A stretch of DNA of 64,000 nt from Mobula hypostoma (GCF_963921235.1 NC_086097.1:108626001-108690000); one strand, 5' to 3'. Shown: positions 12,368-26,932, counted from the stretch's first letter. A program made the numbers and translations. The notes: generated from the letters alone by a model not told the origin.

Positions 12368-14392
12368 AAACATAGAAAATAGGTGCAGGAGTAGGCCATT
12401 CGACCCTTTGAGCCTGCACCGCCATTCAGTATGATCATGGATGATCATCCAACTCAGAACCCTGTACCAACCTTCCCTCCATACCCCCTGATCCCTTTAG
12501 CCACAAGGGCTATATCTAACTCCCTCTTAAATATAGCCAATGAACTGGCCTCAACTGTTTCCTGTGGACGAGAATTCCACAGATTCACCACCCTCTGTGT
12601 GAAGAAGTTTTTCCTAATCTCGGCCCTAAAAGGCTTCCCCTTTATCCTCAAACTGTGACCCCTCGTTCTGGACTTCCCCAACATCGGGAACAATCTTCCT
12701 GCATCTAGCCAATCCAATCCCTTTAGGATTTTATACGTTTCAATCAGATCCCCCCTCAATCTTCTAAATTCCAACGAGTATAAGCCTAGTTCATCCAGTC
12801 TTTCATCACATGAAAGTCCTGCCGTCACAGGAATCAATCTGGTGAACCTTCTTTGTACTCCCTCTATGGCAAGGATGTCTTTCCTCAGATCAGGGGACCA
12901 AAATTGCACACAATACTCCAGGTGTGGTCTCACCAAGGCCTTGTACAACTGCAGTAGTACCTCCCTGCCTCTGTACTCGAATCCTCTTGCTATAAATGCC
13001 AGCATACCATTCGCCTTTTTCACCGCCTGCTGTACCTGCATGCCCACTTTTAATGACTGGTGTATAATGACACCCAGGTCTCGTTGCACCTCCCTTTTCC
13101 TAATCGGCCACCATTCAGATAATAATCTGTTTTCCTGCTTTTGCCACCAAAGTGGATAACTTCACACTTATCCACATTAAATTGCATCTGCCATGAATTT
13201 GCCCACTCACCTAACCTATCCAAGTCACCCTGCATGCTTTTAGCATCCTCCTCACAGCTAACACTGCCACCCAGCTTCGTGTCATCCGCAAACTTGGAGA
13301 TGCTGCATTTAATTCCCTCATCCAAGTCGTTAATATATATTGTAAACAACTGGGGTCCCAGCACTGAGCCTTGCGGTACCCCACTAGTCACTGCCTGCCA
13401 TTCTGAAAAGGTCCTGTTTATTCCCACTCTTTGCTTCCTGTCTGCCAACCAATTCTCTATCCACATCAATACCTTACCCCCAATACCGTGTGCTTTAAGT
13501 TTGCACACTAATCTCCTGTGTGGGACCTTGTCAAAAGCCTTTTGAAAATCCAAATATACCACATCCACTGGTTCTCCCCTATCCACTCTACTAGTTACAT
13601 TCTCAAAAAATTCTATGAGATTCGTCAGACATGATTTTCCTTTCACAAATCTATGCTGACTTTGTCCGATCATTTCACCGCTTTCCAAATGTGCTGTTAT
13701 CACATCTTTGATAACTGACTCTAGCAGTTTCCCCATCACCGCTGTTAGGCTAACCGGTCTAAAATTCCCTGGTTTCTCTCTCCCTCCTTTTTTAAAAAGT
13801 GGGGTTACATTAGCCACCCTCCAATCCTCAGGAACTAGTCCAGAATCTAAAGAGTTTTGAAAAATTATCACTAATGCATCCACTATTTCTTGGGCTACTT
13901 CCTTAAGCACTCTGGGATGCAGACCATCTGGCCCTGGGGATTTATCTGCCTTTAATTCCTTCAATTTACCTAAGACCACTTCCCTACTAACATGTATTTC
14001 CCTCAGTTTCTCCATCTCACTGGACCCTCTGTCCCCTACTATTTCTGGAAGATTATTTATGTCCTTCTTAGTGAAGACAGAACCAAAGTAATTATTCAAT
14101 TGGTCTGCCATGTCCTTGCTCCCCATAATCAATTCACCAGTTTCTGTCTGTAGGGGACCTACATTTGTCTTAACCAATCTTTTTCTTTTCACATATCTAT
14201 AAAAGCTTTTACAGTCAGTTTTTATGTTCCCTGCCAGTTTTCTCTCATAAACTTTTTTCCCCTTCCTAATTAAGCCCTTTGTCCTCCTCTGCTGAACTCT
14301 GAATTTCTCCCAGTCTTCAGGTGAGCCACTTTTTCTGGCTAATTTGTATGCTTCTTCTTTGGAATTGATACTATCCCTAATTTCCCTTGTCA
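12368..14392 (-). mobile_element. CR1 LINE (second family), 5'-truncated
   Basis: RT ORF 13050-14392 and C-terminal ORF 12454-13089; 3' tail aaacatagaaaat on +. Confidence 0.95.
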
Positions 14393-15254
14393 CCTCCCCC
14401 ACCCTGCAGGGATCGCTCCCTCTGCAATTCCCTTGTCCATTCATCCATCCCCACAAATCTTCCTCTCGGCACATATCCCTGCAGACAGCCTGACTGCTAC
14501 ACCTGCCCATGCACTTCCTCCCTCACCCCATTCAGGACCCCAAGCAGTCCTTCCAGGTGAGGCAACATTTCACCTGCAAATCCTCTGGGGCTGTTTAGTT
14601 GGATACAGTGGTGTTGATGTGGCCTCCTCTACATTGATAAAGCCCATCATAAATTGGGGGACTGCTTTGTCAAGCACTTTCGCTCCATTTGCCACAAGCG
14701 GGACTTCCCAATGGCCAAACATTTTAATTCTGATTCTCATTCCCATTCGAACATGTTGGTCCACTGCCTCCTCTTGTGCCAAGATGAGGCCACCCACAGG
14801 GTGGAGCAGCAACAGCTTATTCTCCATCTGGGTAGCCTCCAACCTAATAGCATAAATATCAATTTCTCCTTTGGTAATTTTTCCCCTCCCCTTCCCTCTT
14901 CCTCTATTCCCACTCTGGCCTTTTACCTCTTCTCACCTGCCTGTCACTTCCTCCTGGGTCCCCTCCTCCTTCCCTTTCTCCTACTGTCTACTCTCCTCTC
15001 CTATCAGATTCCTTCATCTCTGTCTCTTGTCTTTCCCACCCACTGGGCTTCAACTATTCCAGCTAGCCTCCTTCCCCTTCCCATCCTCTGTGTTCTGGCA
15101 CTTTCCACTTTCTTTTCCTGTCCTGAAGAAGGGCCTTAACCCGAAATATCAACTGCTTATTCATTTCTGTAAATGCTGCCTGACCTACCCAGTTCCTCCA
15201 GCATTTCTGTGTGTTGCTTTGGATTTCCAGCATCTGCAGACTTTCTCATGTTTG
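14393..15254 (+). mobile_element. Penelope-like element 3' part (decayed GIY-YIG and pLTR)
   Basis: GDCFVKHFRSIC...AKHFNS...EQQQLILHLGSLQP; decayed hammerhead box ctgaagaaggg...cccgaaat near 15123. Confidence 0.85.
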
Positions 15255-16445
15255 GGAAAGATGTTATTTCATAAAATGAACTCATCAATTCTTAATTGCA
15301 AAAAGCTTCTTTCATCACTTGTCATAAAGTAATGCAGCAGGCTTTGGCCTACCAGTTCCACGTCAACCTTCCTGCACCCACTTACACTATTCCTCTTCTA
15401 TTCTCATCATGCCCCCTAGACTCTGGCCTTCGCCTGCTCACTGGGGCAATTTGTGGCAATTGAGCAACCCACCAACCTTTATAGTTGGATGAGGAAGGAA
15501 ATGAGTAGCCAGAGGAAATCCAGATGATCAGAGAAAATGCACAAACTCCTGACAGCATTAAAATGAGGCCAGTGGAGCTGGGAGGGAGCCACTGTCTTAG
15601 CTGTGCCAGGGGCAGCATTCATATCAGTAAGTGACCTGAAGGACCATCTATAAATGGAAGGACACTCTACTGGCAAACACAGTATACTGATTGATTGATA
15701 GATTAATGATAAATGGAAATTAAGCTTCATAAATAACTTCTTTCCAAGCAGAGTCAATAGGTTAACAAAGTGAAAACATGATCTAAAAATTTGAAGTTGC
15801 TTTGTTCGGGTCACTTGTGCACAAAGTAATGGAAAGATATTTTGCCATCAACCGCTTACTTCTTCATGGTTTCTTAACGTTCTGTCATAAAATGTTGTAT
15901 TCCTTCAATAATGAAAAACCTACTGTTCTTTGATTTGAAGTTAATTCCATATATTTCTTAAAAGGGAGTGCTGAATATCAGTTATAATAAAATCCATCTT
16001 TTATTACTTGGCTGGATAACAGATATATTGGATTAAGCAATCCAGACTGTGATGGAAGAGGCAATATTAGATGGCAAGAACTTCTTCACTGTCAATGCCT
16101 GCTTTGACTAAGTAAACCTTTAAAAGAAACAACTTCATTAGTTTCTTCATTTCACGTAAAAATAATACTCTGTTCAGATTGTCGATGAACTAATGTTGGG
16201 GACTTGGTCTGATGCTGTCTTGTATGATATAGGCAATCATGGATGTTCATGATTTTTCTTGGCAAATCTTTCGACGGAAGTGATTGACACTGCCTTCTTC
16301 TGGAGAGTGCCTTTACAAGATGGGTGACCCCAACCATTATCAATACTCTTCAGAGATTGTCTGCCTGGTGTCAGTGGCCATATAACCAGAACATGTGATA
16401 CACACCAGATGCGCATACGACCATTCACCACCTACTCCCATGGCT

Positions 16446-17510
16446 TAAGACTATAAGACCATAAGATATAGGAGCAGAAGTAGGCCATTCAGCCCATCGA
16501 GTCTGCTCCACCATTCAATCATGGGCTGATCCAATTTTTCCAGTCATCCCCACTCCCCTGCCTTCTTTTCTTACCCTTTGATGCCCTAGCTAACCACGAA
16601 CCTATGTATCTCTGCCTTAAATGCACCCAATGACTTGGCCTCCACAGCCACTTGTGGCAACAAATTCCACAGATTTACCACCCTCTGACTAAAGTAATTT
16701 CTCTGCATCTCTGTTCTAAATGGACGTCCTTCAATCCTGAAGTCGATCCCTCTTATCCTAGACTCCCCTACCATGGAAAATAGCTTTGCCATGTCTAATC
16801 TTTTCAGGCCTTTTGACATTCAGAATAATTCTATGAGATCCCCCCTCATTCTCCTGAACTCCAGGGAATACAGCCCAAGAGCTGCCAGACGTTCCTCAAA
16901 TGGTAACCCTTTCATTCCTGGAATCATTCTCGTGAATCTTCTCTGAACCCTCTCCAATATCGGTATATCCTTTCTAAAATAAGGAGCCCAAAACTGCACA
17001 CAATACTCTAAGTGTGGTCTCACGAGTGCCTCCATAGAGCCTCAACATCACATCCCTGCTCTTATACTCTATACCTCTAGAAATGAATGCCAACATTGCA
17101 TTCGCCTTCTTCACCACCGACTCAACCTGGAGGTTAACCTTTAGGGTATCTTGCACAAGGACTCCCAAGTCGCTTTGCATCTCTGCATTTTGAATTCTCT
17201 CCCTACCTAAACAATCGTCTGCCCATTTGTTTCTTCCACCAAAGTGCATGAACATACACTTCCCAACATTGTATTACATTTGCCACTTCCTTGCCCATTC
17301 CCCTAAACTATCTAAGTATCTCTGCAGGCTTTCTGTTTCCTCAACACTACCTGCTCCTCCACCTCTCTCTGTATCATCAGAAAATTCAGCCACAAATCCA
17401 TTAATGCCATAGTCCAAATCACTGACATACACCATAAAAAGTAGTGGTCCCAACACCAACCCCTGTGGAACTCCACTGGTTACTGGCTGCCAGCCAGAAT
17501 AGGATCCCTT
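16446..17510 (-). mobile_element. CR1 LINE 3' fragment (third family)
   Basis: [25 protein letters not shown]; tail taagactataagaccataagat. Confidence 0.9.
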
Positions 17511-17623
17511 TAAAAACATAGAAAACTTATATATGTGGCTGGGCATTACTAAGTATGCAAGGAAAAACAGCATGGACTGTATCAGTGATGGCTCTGTCCC
17601 TGATGCTCTAAGCAACTTTTATA

Positions 17624-18872
17624 CACAAACCTGTGCCAAACATGTCCCTACCTTAAAACTACCAAGGCTTTACCCATAGTCCTCTTATTTTAAAAGCTCC
17701 ATGTAACCATCCAGGAGTCTTTCAAAAACCCCTATCGTTTCTGCCTCCACCACCGCCACAGGCAGCCCATTCCACGCACTCACCACTCTCTGCGTAAAAA
17801 ACTCACCCCTGACATCTCCTCTGAACCTTCTTCCAAGCACCTTAAAACTATGCCCTCTCATGCTAGCCATTCCAGCCCTGGGAAAAGGCCTCTGACTATC
17901 CACACGATCAATGCCTCTCATTATCTTATACACCTCTATCAGGTCACCTCTCATCCTCCATTGCTCCAAGGAGAAAAAGCCGAGTTCACTCAATCTATTC
18001 TCATAAGGCATGCTCCCCAGTCCAGGCAACATCCTTGGAAATCTCCTCTGCACCCTTTCTATAGTTTCCACGTCCTTCCTATAGTGAGGTGACCAGAAAT
18101 GAGCACAGTACTCCAAGTGGGGTCTGACTAGAGTCCAATTTAGCTGCAACATTACTTCTCAGCTCTTAAACTCAATCCCATGATTGATGAAGGCCAATGC
18201 ACTGTATGCCTTCTTAACCACAGCGTCAACCTGTGTAGCAGCTTTGGTGTCCTGTGGACTCAGACCCCAAGATCCCTCTGATCCTCTACACTACCAAGAA
18301 TCTTACCATAATGCTATATTCTGCCATCATATTTGACCAACCAAAATGAACCACCTCACACTTATCTGGGTTGAACTCCATCTGCCACTTCTCAGCCCAC
18401 TTTTGCATCCTATCAATGTCCCGTTGTAACCTCTGACAGCCCTCCACACTACCCACAACATCCATAACCTTTGTGTCATCAGGAAGTTTACTAATCCATC
18501 CCTCCACTTCCTCATCCAGGTCATTTATAAAAATCACAAAGAGTAGGGGTCCCAGAACAGATCCCTGAGGCACACCACTGGTCACCGACCTCCATGCAGA
18601 ATATGACCCGTCTACAGCCATTCTTTGCCTTCTGTGGGCAAGCCAGTTCTGGATCCACAAAACAATGTCCCCTTGGATCCCATGCCTCCTTACTTTCTCA
18701 ATAAGCCTTGCATGGGGTACCTTATCAAATGCCTTGCTAAAATCCATATACACTACATCTACTGCTCTACCTTCATCAATGTGTTTAGTCACATCCTCAA
18801 AAAATTCAATCAGGCTCGTAAGGCACGACCTGCCTTTGATAAAACCATGCTGACTATTCCTAATCATATTAT
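17624..18872 (-). mobile_element. CR1 LINE 3' fragment (same family as 2587-4882)
   Basis: RT and C-terminal ORFs 18286-18872 and 17685-18152. Confidence 0.92.
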
Positions 18873-21732
18873 AGAAACATAGAAACATAGAAAATAGGTG
18901 CAGGAGTAGGCCATTCGGCCCTTCGAGCCTGCACCGCCATTTATTATGATCATGGCTGATCATCCAACTCAGAACCCAGCCTTCCCTCCATACCCCGTGA
19001 CCCCTGTAGCCACAAGGGCCATATCTAACTTCCTTTTAAACATAGCTAATGAACTGGCCTCAACAGTTTGCTGTGGCAGAGAATTCCACAGATTCACCAC
19101 TCTCTGTGTGAAGAAGTTTTTCCTAACCTCGGTCCTAAAAGGCTTCCCCTCTATCCTCAAACTGTGACCCCTCGTTCTAGACCTCCCCAACATCGGGAAC
19201 AATCTTCCCGCATCTAGCCTGTCCAATCCCTTTAGGATCTTATACGTTTCAATCAGATCCCCCCTCAATCTTCTAAATTCCAACGAGTACAAGCCCAGTT
19301 CATCCAGTCTTTCTTCATATGAAAGACCTGCCATCCCAGGAATCAATCTGGTGAACCTTCTTTGTACTCCCTCTATGGCAAGGATGTCTTTCCTCAGATT
19401 AGGGGACCAAAACTGCACACAATACTCCAGGTGTGGTCTCACCAAGGCCTTGTACAACTGCAGTAGTACCTCCCTGCTCCTGTACTCGAATCCTCTCGCT
19501 ATAAATGCCAGCATACCGTTCGCCTTTTTCACCGCCTGCTGTACCTGCATGCCCACTTTCAATGACTGGTGTATAATGACACCCAGGTCTCGTTGCACCT
19601 CCCTTTTCCTAATCGGCCACCATTCAGATAATAATCTGTTTTCCTATTTTTGCCACCAAAGTGGATAACTTCACATTTATCCACATTAAATTGCATCTGC
19701 CATGAGTTTGCCCACTCACCCAACCTATCCAAGTCACCCTGCATCCTCTTAGCATCCTCCTCACTGCTAACACTGCCACCCAGCTTCGTGTCATCCGCAA
19801 ACTTGGAGATGCTGCATTTAATTCCCTCATCCAAGTCATTAATATATATTGTAAACAACTGGGGTCCCAGCACTGAGCCTTGCGGTACCCCACTAGTCAC
19901 CGCCTGCCATTCTGAAAAGGTCCCGTTTATTCCCACTCTTTGCTTCCTGTCTGCTAACCAATTCTCCACCCACACCAATACCTTACCCCCAATACCATGT
20001 GCTTTAAGTTTGCACACTAATCTCCTGTGTGGGACCTTGTCAAAAGCCTTTTGAAAATCCAAATATACCACATCCACTGGTTCTCCCCTATCCACTCTAC
20101 TAGTTACATCCTCAAAAAATTCTATGAGATTCGTCAGACATGATTTTCCTTTCACAAATCCATGCTGACTTTGTCCGATCATTTCACCGCTTTCCAAATG
20201 TGCTGTTATCACATCCTTGATAACTGACTCCAGCAGTTTCCCCACCACCGACGTTAGGCTAACCGGCCTATAATTCCCCTGTTTCTCTCTCCCTCCTTTT
20301 TTAAAAAGTGGGGTTACATTAGCCACCCTCCAATCCTCAGGAACTAGTCCAGAATCTAACGAGTTTTGAAAAATTATCACTAATGCATCCACTATTTCTT
20401 GGGCCACTTCCTTAAGCACTCTGGGATGCAGACCATCTGGCCCTGGGGATTTATCTGCCTTCAATCCCTTCAATTTACCTAACACCACTTCCCTACTAAC
20501 ATGTATTTCGCTCAGTTCCTCCATCTCACTGGACCCTCTGTCCCTTACTATTTCTGGAAGATTATTTATGTCCTCCTTAGTGAAGACAGAACCAAAGTAA
20601 TTATTCAATTGGTCTGCCATGTCCTTGCTCCCCATAATCAATTCACCTGTTTCTGTTTGCAGGGGACCTACATTTGTCTTTATCAGTCTTTTCCTTTTTA
20701 CATATCTATAAAAGCTTTTACAGTCCGTTTTTATGTTCTCTGCCAGTTTTCTCTCATAATCTTTTTTCCCCTTCCTAATTAAGCCCTTTGTCCTCCTCTG
20801 CTGAACTCTGAATTTCTCCCAGTCCTCAGGTGAGCCACTTTCTCTGGCTAATTTGTATGCTACTTCTTTGGAATTGATACTATCCCTAATTTCTCTTGTC
20901 AGCCACGGGTGCACTACCTTCCTTGATTTATTCTTTTGCCAAACTGGGATGAACAATTGTTGTAGTTCATCCATGCAACCTTTAAATGCCTGCCATTGCA
21001 TATCCACCGTCAATCCTTGAAGTGTCATTTGCCAGTCTATCTTAGCTAATTCACGTCTCATACCTTCAAAGTTACCCCTCTTTAAGTTCAGAACCTTTGT
21101 TTCTGAATTAACTACGTCACTCTCCATGTTAATGAAGAATTCCACCATATTATGGTCACTCTTACCCAAGGGGCCTCTCACGACAAGATCGCTAATTAAC
21201 CCTTCCTCATTGCTCAAAACCCAGTCCAGAATAGCCTGCTCTCTAGTCGGTTCCTCGACATGTTGGTTCAAAAAACCATCCCGCATACATTCCAAGAAAT
21301 CCTCTTCCTCAGCACCTTTACCAATTTGGTTCACCCAGTCTACATGTAGATTGAAGTCACCCATTATAACTGCTGTTCCTTTATTGCACACATTTCTAAT
21401 TTCCTGTTTAATACCATCTCCGACCTCACTACTACTGTTAGGTGGCCTGTACACAACTCCCACCAGCGTCTTCTGCCCCTTAGTGTTACGCAGCTCTACC
21501 CATATCGATTCCACATCTTCCCGGCTTATGTCCTTCCTTTCTATTGCGTTAATCTCTTTTTTAACCAGCAACGCCACCCCACCTCCCCTTCCTTCATGTC
21601 TATCCCTCCTGAATATTGAATATCCCTGAACGTTGAGCTCCCATCCCTGGTCACCCTGGAGCCATGTCTCTGTGATCCCAACTATATCATAATCATTAAT
21701 AACAATCTGCACTTTCAATTCATCCACCTTAT
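18871..21732 (-). mobile_element. Young CR1 LINE with almost complete ORF2 (APE endonuclease + RT), single frameshift
   Basis: 727-aa ORF (GITETWL, GDFN, SDH, RT) plus 209-aa ORF; (atagaaac)n tail. Confidence 0.96.
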
Positions 21733-21789
21733 GTCTCTCCAAATGTAACAGCAGCAGATGTGAGGAGGACTCTGCAGAGAGTCAACCCT

Positions 21790-23290
21790 CTTAAGGCAGC
21801 CAGGCCAGATAACATCCCAGGCTGAGTACTCACTGACATCTTCATCCAGGCTGTTGTCCCCACAGGCTTCAAACCAGCCACCATCATCCCTGCACCAAAG
21901 AACTCTGTACCTTAGAACTAAGCAACTCCCATCCAGAGGCACTGATGTCAATGATCATGAAGTCTTTCGAATGGCTGGCAATGGCACATATCAAAAACTC
22001 CATTCCTGCCACACTGGACACTCACCAATATACTTAAAGACAGATCCACTACAACAGATGCCATAGCATCAGTCATGCTCCTGGCCCTGATACACCTAGA
22101 AAACAAGGACACTTATGTCAGAATGCTGCTTCTGGATTTCAATTTAGCATTCGACACTATTGTCCCACAGACCTTGGTGAACAAACTCCTACTCTTCAGT
22201 CTAAATACACCACCATACAACTGGTGTTGGACTTCCTAACAAACAGACCTCATTTAGTCAGGATACACAACCACTCCTCCCTCCCCATCATCCTCAACAC
22301 AGGTGCCCCCCCCCCCAGGCTGAATGCTGAGCCTACTACTGTACACTCTACTCACACGTGACTGCACAACCAAACACTCCAGTAATCACCTTGTCGAGTT
22401 TGCTGATGACACAATAGTGATGAGATCATGACCAACAAGGATGAAATGGCCTACAGAGAAGAGGTGGAAAAGCTCGAAGCCTAGTGCAGGCAAATAACCT
22501 CTTCCTCAATGTCAACAAGACAAAGGAGATGGTTATCGACTTCAGGGGAACTCGTACGACTCACGCCCCTCTTATATCAGCAGCACAGAGAACTGCGAGC
22601 AGTTTCAAACTCCTGGCAGTTCACAAACTCTCATGGTCCCAGAGCACATTCAGAAAAGTTCACCAACACCACTGCTTTCTGAGGAAGCTGAAGAGAGCTG
22701 GACTTTGCACATCCATACTCACATCAGATGAGCAGTAGAGAGCATCCTAACAAGTTGCATCACTGCTTGGTACGGAAACTGCTCTGAGGCGGACAACAAG
22801 GCTCGACAACGGGTAGTCAAAACAACCTAACACATTACTGGCACCAGCCAGCCTGCAATCAAGGACATATGTACAGAAAGGTGCCAGAAAAGGGTCAGTA
22901 ATATCACAAAGGATCCCCCACACCCTGCTCATGGACTGTTTGTCCCACTCCCATCAGGGAGGAGACTATGGAGTCAGGATCCATGTCAGGATCACCAAAC
23001 TAAAAACAGTTATTTTCCCCAAGCAGCAAGTCTGACGAACACCACCACCCACTAACTCCCCTATTGTTTCCTGTCAGTCACCTTGTGTACAGCGTAACAT
23101 CACTTTATGGACATACAATCAATCAATGCACGTAAGCTATTTTATGTATTTATATTTATTGTGTGTTGTTATTATTATTGTGTTCTTTATCTTTTGTGTC
23201 TTTTTTTGTGCTGCATCGGATCTGGAGTAACAATTATTTTGTTCTCCTTACCTTTGTGTACTGGAAATGAGATTAAACAATCTGGAATCT
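21790..23290 (+). mobile_element. Rex/Babar-type LINE, decayed
   Basis: NNLFLNVNKTKEMVIDFR, FADD-like ttgctgatgac, 3' tail attaaacaatctggaatcttgaa. Confidence 0.8.
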
Positions 23291-23592
23291 TGAAGAACAA
23301 TGAAGGTGAAGAGGTATGTAAAAGGTATGATTCTAACAGGGCGCATGAACAGGGAAACCTGGGTATATAGTGGCAAGACTGACTGAGAAGACATTTTTTT
23401 AAACACAATAGCATAAGGGGTTTCTAAAAACAGCAGAAAATCAAAGATATTATGACTGTTTAATCTACTAGATCTACTAGTTTGGCAACAATTTGTGGGC
23501 TGAACAATGGAGCATCCTCTAGAGTTGCTGCCACACAGCTACAGGGACCCAGGGTCAGTCTTGTTGTCCATAATGGAGTTTGCATATTTTCC

Positions 23593-24275
23593 ATAGATAT
23601 AGTCCATAGGACACTCAAAGCTGCTGTGCAGGTTGACTCTGTGGTTAAGAAGGCATATGGTGCAGTAGCCTTCATCAATTGTGGGATTGAGTTTAAGAGC
23701 CGAGAGGTAATGTTGCAGCTATATAGGACCCTGGTCAGACCCCACTTGGAGTACTGTGCTCAGTTCTGGTCACCTCACTACAGGAAGAACGTGGAAATCA
23801 TAGAAAGGGTGCAGAGGAGATTTACAAGGATGTTGCCTGGATTGGGGAGCATGCCTTATGAGAATAGGTTGAGTGAACTCGGCCTTTTTTCCTTGGAGCG
23901 ACGGAATATGAGAGGTATACAATAATGAGAGACATTGATCGTGTGGATAGTCAGACGCTTTTTCCCAGGGCTGAAATGGCGAACACAAGGGGGCATAGTT
24001 TTAAGGTGCTTGGAAGTAGGTACAGAGGAGATATCAGGGGTAAGTTCTTTTTTACGCAGAGTGGTGAGTGTGTGGAATGGGCTGCTGGTGGTGATGGTGG
24101 AGGCAGAAACGATAGGGTCTTTTAAGAGACTCCTGGATGGATACATGGAGCTTAGAAAAATAGAGGGCTATGGGTAAAGCCTAGGTAGTTCTAGGGTAGG
24201 GACATGTTCGGCACAGCTTTGTGGGCCGAAGGGCCTGTATTGTGCTGTATGTTTTCTATGTTTCTATGTTTCCCT
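23593..24275 (+). mobile_element. CR1 3' fragment inserted into a SINE
   Basis: [15 protein letters not shown]; (ttctatgt)n tail; flanked by a 69-bp duplication. Confidence 0.9.
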
Positions 24276-25309
24276 GTTGCTGCCACACAGCTATAGGGAC
24301 CCAGGTTCAGTCTTGTTCTCCATAATGGAGTTTACATATCTTCCGTGACTGTGACCCTACAGGTGCTCCTGCTTCCTCGTGCATCTCAAAGACACGTGAG
24401 TTGGTGACACAAATAACTACAGATGCTGGAATCTGGAGCAAATAACCTAATTGCTGGAGAAACGCAGCAGGTCAGGCAGCATCTGTGGAGGTGAATGCAT
24501 GGCCGATACTTTAGGTTGAGATCCTGAATCAGGACTAGGAACAGAGATGAGATAGCTAGTATAAAGTATTGAGAGGGAGGGGTGACAAAGTTCCTGGCAG
24601 ATGATACATGATATCAGAAAACCAGGTAGGGGGACACATCATGGTGCCAGGTGGTGGACAGGAAGTGGAAGTCAGGATACAGTGAGTGGGGTGTGGAGCC
24701 AGATGGGGGAGAGGAGGATGATAGTAGATTGTGAATTGGTAGCTTACTTGACAACTGCAAATGTCCCCTAGTTTGTAAGTGAGCTGCGGACCCTGAAGGA
24801 TATTGTTCAGAATATGAGAACAATAAATAACAGGGAAAATTAATGGGGGAATGGAGTTGTTCGGTCAGTCAGCATAGTCTTGAAGGGCTTAAATGCCCTT
24901 CCTCTTTGTCAGCGGGAGATATAATATGAATAAGCACATGGTACTGTGTTCCATATTGCTAGGATGTTGAGGCTTTAGTGACGGGTGCAGAACATATTTA
25001 TTTTAAATGGTCTCCATGATGCAGGAGTTTAATTACAAGAACAAACTGGAGAACTTGGATAGATTTAGTCTAGCTGATGAAGGGTCTAGGCAAAGTATTT
25101 CAACTGGTAGAATGGTAAATAACCACATATTTCAATTGACAATGTTTGTCAAGATAAACAGTGTTACATCCAATAAACTTTCTTCAAGGACACCTGGAAA
25201 TTTCTGAAATGGAATTGGACAGATTCCTGAGAAAGAAAAACCATGGAAACATAAGAAGAGCTGGGAGTGGACTGACTGGAATACTTCTGCATAGAATCCA
25301 ATGAGATTC

Positions 25310-26724
25310 ACCTTTCAAGAGGGTGAATCCTCACTAGACAACTTGCCCTGATGGTGTACCTGGTAGAGCACTGAAAACCTGTGCCAATCGACCGGCGAGA
25401 GTGTTCAAGGACATCTTCAATCTCTCACTGCTGCAAGTCAGAGGTTCCCACCAGCTTCAAAAGGGCAATAATCATACCAGTGCCCAAGGAGGGCAGGGTA
25501 TGTTTCCTCAGTGGTTATCACACTGCTGTACTCACATCTACTGTGATGAAATGCTCTGAGATGTTAATCTAGCCAGAATCAATTTCTGCCTAAGCAAGGA
25601 CCTGGACCCACCAGAATTTGCCTATCGCCACAATTTGTCCACAGTGGATGCAATCTCACTGGCTCTCCACTTGGCCTTGGATCACCTGGACGACAGCAAT
25701 ACCAATGTCAGGCTGCTGTTTATTGATTACAGCTCAGCATTCAACACCATCACACCCTCAGTACAACAAGCTCCAAAACCTGGGCCTCTGTACCTCCCTC
25801 CGCAACTAGATCCTGACATCCTCATCAGGAGACCACAGTCAGTGCAGATCAGAAATAAAATCTCCTCCTCATTGACAATTAACACAGCACACCTCAATGA
25901 TGTGTGTTTAGTCCACTGCTCTACTCTCTCTGCACCCATGACTGCGTTGCGAGGAACAACTCAAATGGCATCTGTAAATTTGCTGGTAACACAGCTACTG
26001 TTGGCAGCAGTTCAGATGATGACAAGGAGATACACAGGAGTGAGACTGATCAGCTGGTTGAGTGGTGTCACAACAACAACCAGTGTCAGTAAGAACAAGG
26101 AATTAATTATGGATTTCTGAAAGGATAAAACAAGAAGAACACACAACACCCTTCATAGAGGGATCAGAAGTGGAAAGGGTGAGATGTTTCAAGTTCCAGG
26201 CTGTCACTATCATACTCTGCAGATCTATCCTGGGCCCAACATACTGATGCAATTACAAAGAAGGCATGACAGCAGCTATATTTCATTAAGAGTTTGAGGA
26301 GACTTGGTGTGGCACCAAAGACTCTCGCAAATTTCTACATTCTATGGAGAGCATTGTATCTGGTTGCACCACCATTTGGTATGGAGGGGCCACTGCACAA
26401 GATCGGAAAAAGCTGCAGAAAGTTGCAAACACAGTCAGCTCCATCATGGACACTAACCTCCCCATCACTGAGGACATCTTCAAAAGGTGTTGCCTCAAAA
26501 AGGTAGCATCCATCATTAAGAAAACCCATCAATCAGGACATGCCCTCTCCTCATTTTTACCATCACAGAGGTGGTACAGGAGCCTACAGGAGGTACAGGA
26601 CACACAACTAATGTTTTAGGAACAGCTTCTTCCCCTCCAACATCAGATTTCTGAATGGACAATGAACCCATCTGCACAAGCTCACTTTTTTCTTTTTTTC
26701 CCTCTTTTTGCACTACTTATTTAA

Positions 26725-26760
<36 letters not shown>

Positions 26761-26932
26761 GCACGCGCGCATATATATGTAAATATATATATATGTGTGT
26801 GTATAATATATAAATATATTATATTCTTTATCGGAATTTGTAGTATTTTTATCACTATGAATTACAATGCACTGGTGCCACAAAACGAATTTCATGGCAT
26901 ATACTGGTGACATTAAAGCTTATTCTGATTCT
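25310..26932 (+). mobile_element. Rex/Babar-type LINE, decayed
   Basis: RLLFIDYSSAFNTI, ESIVSGCTTIWYG; tail tattctgattct. Confidence 0.85.
26725..26824. repeat. Compound (TA)n(TG)n(GC)n microsatellite
   Basis: Directly visible alternating purine-pyrimidine tract. Confidence 0.9.

Noticed and set aside
14393..14510. Novel N-terminus of the 486-aa RT ORF
   Set aside because: Antisense PLE sequence that happens to be open across the CR1 truncation junction
15860..15956. KYME-starting minus-strand segment as the RGS22 YSKYIEALE exon
   Set aside because: No similarity beyond four residues, and an in-frame stop follows
18286..18963. 225-aa ORF as a distinct RT protein
   Set aside because: Chimeric read-through from one CR1's 3'UTR into an adjacent CR1's RT
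21126..21629. Antisense ORFs over CR1 copies (also 13141-13545, 19650-20054, 39596-40015)
   Set aside because: Shadow frames of LINE ORF2 with no independent coding evidence
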